Assembly: GCA_918797485.1 (NCBI GenBank) | Contig: CAKKNE010000003.1 | Span: 2,294,001-2,358,000 of the forward strand | DNA from: Pelagomonas calceolata | Lineage: Eukaryota | DNA: 64,000 bases | Direction of reading: 5' to 3' | Part shown: one piece after another, positions 62,568 to 64,000 of the stretch | Layout of the letters: each line of letters starts with the position of its first letter | How positions within the stretch are numbered: position 1 is the stretch's first letter | Translations under genes and position numbers: made by a program | The notes under the pieces: model-generated | Seen by the model: the letters and a program-made list of their open reading frames with translations, nothing else | What the model was told of the DNA's origin: nothing | The model's database searches: none

Positions 62568-64000
62568 CTAACAACACAACGACCGTTCTGCCCGAAGCCG
62601 TCTCGCGCGGCGCCGCGCCAAGAACCCCCGAACTGCTGGTTGGATGATCTTCCGTTTGTCCCAGGGCGTAATGTAGGCAAATCGAGGGATCTGGACAGGG
62701 AGGGAGCATATGTGGCAGCCCGACCTGACGCACAGCTGCGCCCGCTCCACGAAGAGAAAAGGACGCCCCGTCTGGTGGGGGTGCGAGACGTACGCGGGCC
62801 CGAGGACGACGCCGTGGACCGCCGCGGCAAGTCGAATCGCGCAGCGCCAACTCCTGGCCCAACTCCCTTCCTCGTCGAGGGCGCTCCGGAGCTCGGCGGC
62901 GTTCGCCACGCGCCGCGCCCCCAGATGAGGTCTGGGCAGTTCCGACCCCACCTCGAGCCGGTCGTCTGACCGCTTGATCTCCGAACGCACCTCGTGCAGC
63001 CGCAGCCGCAGCGACCGATCACTATGAAACCGCCACTCCTTGTCGACGCACCGCGGGGACCCGAGGCAGAGGGCGTCCAGAGGTAAATAGGACGCGACGT
63101 GGGCGACGCAGTCCCCGGGCCAGGTCACGTACGGTTTCGAAGCGGCCCCGAGCGAATAGACGACCTTGTTGCGCCCGACCAAAGCAAGCTCATCAATCTT
63201 CACGTCGCAACTACCAAGCGCCGCCGCCCGCTCAGCTAAATAAGCACAAAAAGTGTCCCAATCTTTCACACCCCTTTTGGCTTGCGCGGGGTCGCACTTC
63301 CAGAACTGGCGCCGGTGCGGAAACTTCGAGGCAAAAATACAACAAGGCACGACGGCGAAGGGCAGACCCAACGACGCCGCGGCGCAGACGGCCGGCTCCG
63401 TCGCCTCGTCGGGGTGCATCGCGACGACGCACGTGGCTTCTGCTAGTAGTGCTTTCGACGCTTGTGAGGGCGGGTAGGCGAAGGGCTCCTTGAGCAGGCG
63501 CACCGCCTCCGAGAAGGCGTCGTCGACGCTTGCTTGTTTGGCCTCGCCCGCGTGGTTTCTATCCAAGCCCACGGGGTCGATCACCGTCGCCTTCCTCGAG
63601 GCGCCTCGCCGCAACAGCGCCGCGGCGACGGCGCCCTTGCCGCCGGCGACGTCGACTACTGTTTCGAGGCGCTCCCGTCCAAATTTCTCGTCGAGCCACG
63701 CGGCGAAGACCTCGGCTCTATCGGTCTTCGGTGCTTCATCCACTACTTGCGGCTCTGCGACAACCGGCGCGACGGCGCCGTCGTAGCGCAGCACGCGCGC
63801 GACGCGGCGGCCGCTCCGGCTCGGTTTTGCTTCAATCACCACCGCTCCTAGACGGTGCCGCGGCCGCTGCGCCGGCCCCGCGGCAAAGGCCTTGGCCGAC
63901 GCGCCGCCCGCGACGACGTCGATAATTTCATTTCGTGCGAGGCCGCCACTCAACTCGCCTCGCACTTCGTCCACGACGCAGCGCGCGATCGTGAGCTGTT
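62568..64000 (-). CDS. Class I methyltransferase-like protein with F-box-like and IQ motif C-terminus; 5'-truncated
   Basis: VVDVAGGKGAVA, VAMHPDEATEP, PFAVVPCCIF; WPGDCVAHVASYLP; IIQPAVRGFLARRR; frame open to the window end. Confidence 0.7.
   Translation of the reverse strand, partial: QLTIARCVVDEVRGELSGGLARNEIIDVVAGGASAKAFAAGPAQRPRHRLGAVVIEAKPSRSGRRVARVLRYDGAVAPVVAEPQVVDEAPKTDRAEVFAAWLDEKFGRERLETVVDVAGGKGAVAAALLRRGASRKATVIDPVGLDRNHAGEAKQASVDDAFSEAVRLLKEPFAYPPSQASKALLAEATCVVAMHPDEATEPAVCAAASLGLPFAVVPCCIFASKFPHRRQFWKCDPAQAKRGVKDWDTFCAYLAERAAALGSCDVKIDELALVGRNKVVYSLGAASKPYVTWPGDCVAHVASYLPLDALCLGSPRCVDKEWRFHSDRSLRLRLHEVRSEIKRSDDRLEVGSELPRPHLGARRVANAAELRSALDEEGSWARSWRCAIRLAAAVHGVVLGPAYVSHPHQTGRPFLFVERAQLCVRSGCHICSLPVQIPRFAYITPWDKRKIIQPAVRGFLARRRARRLRAERSLCC

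Overview
Gene-dense, GC-rich eukaryotic nuclear DNA carrying about 30 protein-coding genes, mostly in alternating divergent/convergent pairs. It is most consistent with a flagellated pelagophyte-type stramenopile alga (inference). Recognisable genes include an axonemal dynein heavy chain, alpha-tubulin, DDX56/Dbp9, methylmalonyl-CoA epimerase, NICN1, a cytosine deaminase-like amidohydrolase and a D-2-hydroxyacid dehydrogenase. Four main observations. (1) A family of short non-autonomous DNA transposons (TIR CTGTGTGGAAATCAA...TTGATTTCCACACAG, 8-bp target-site duplications) sits inside six genes and forms spliceosomal introns (introners). The GT/GC donor comes from the TSD and the AG acceptor from the TIR. 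One copy works in the opposite orientation, and three older decayed relatives lie in the dynein gene. (2) A NACHT/NLR-like gene, absent from the ORF track because it runs off the left edge, has a RelA/SpoT-like nucleotidyltransferase domain inserted inside its NOD module. (3) A ~20-22-bp CTAG-bounded quasi-palindrome recurs upstream of genes, mostly in divergent intergenic regions. (4) There is a TAGT/JGT-like glycosyltransferase. All domain calls come from motif recognition by eye, not from database searches.
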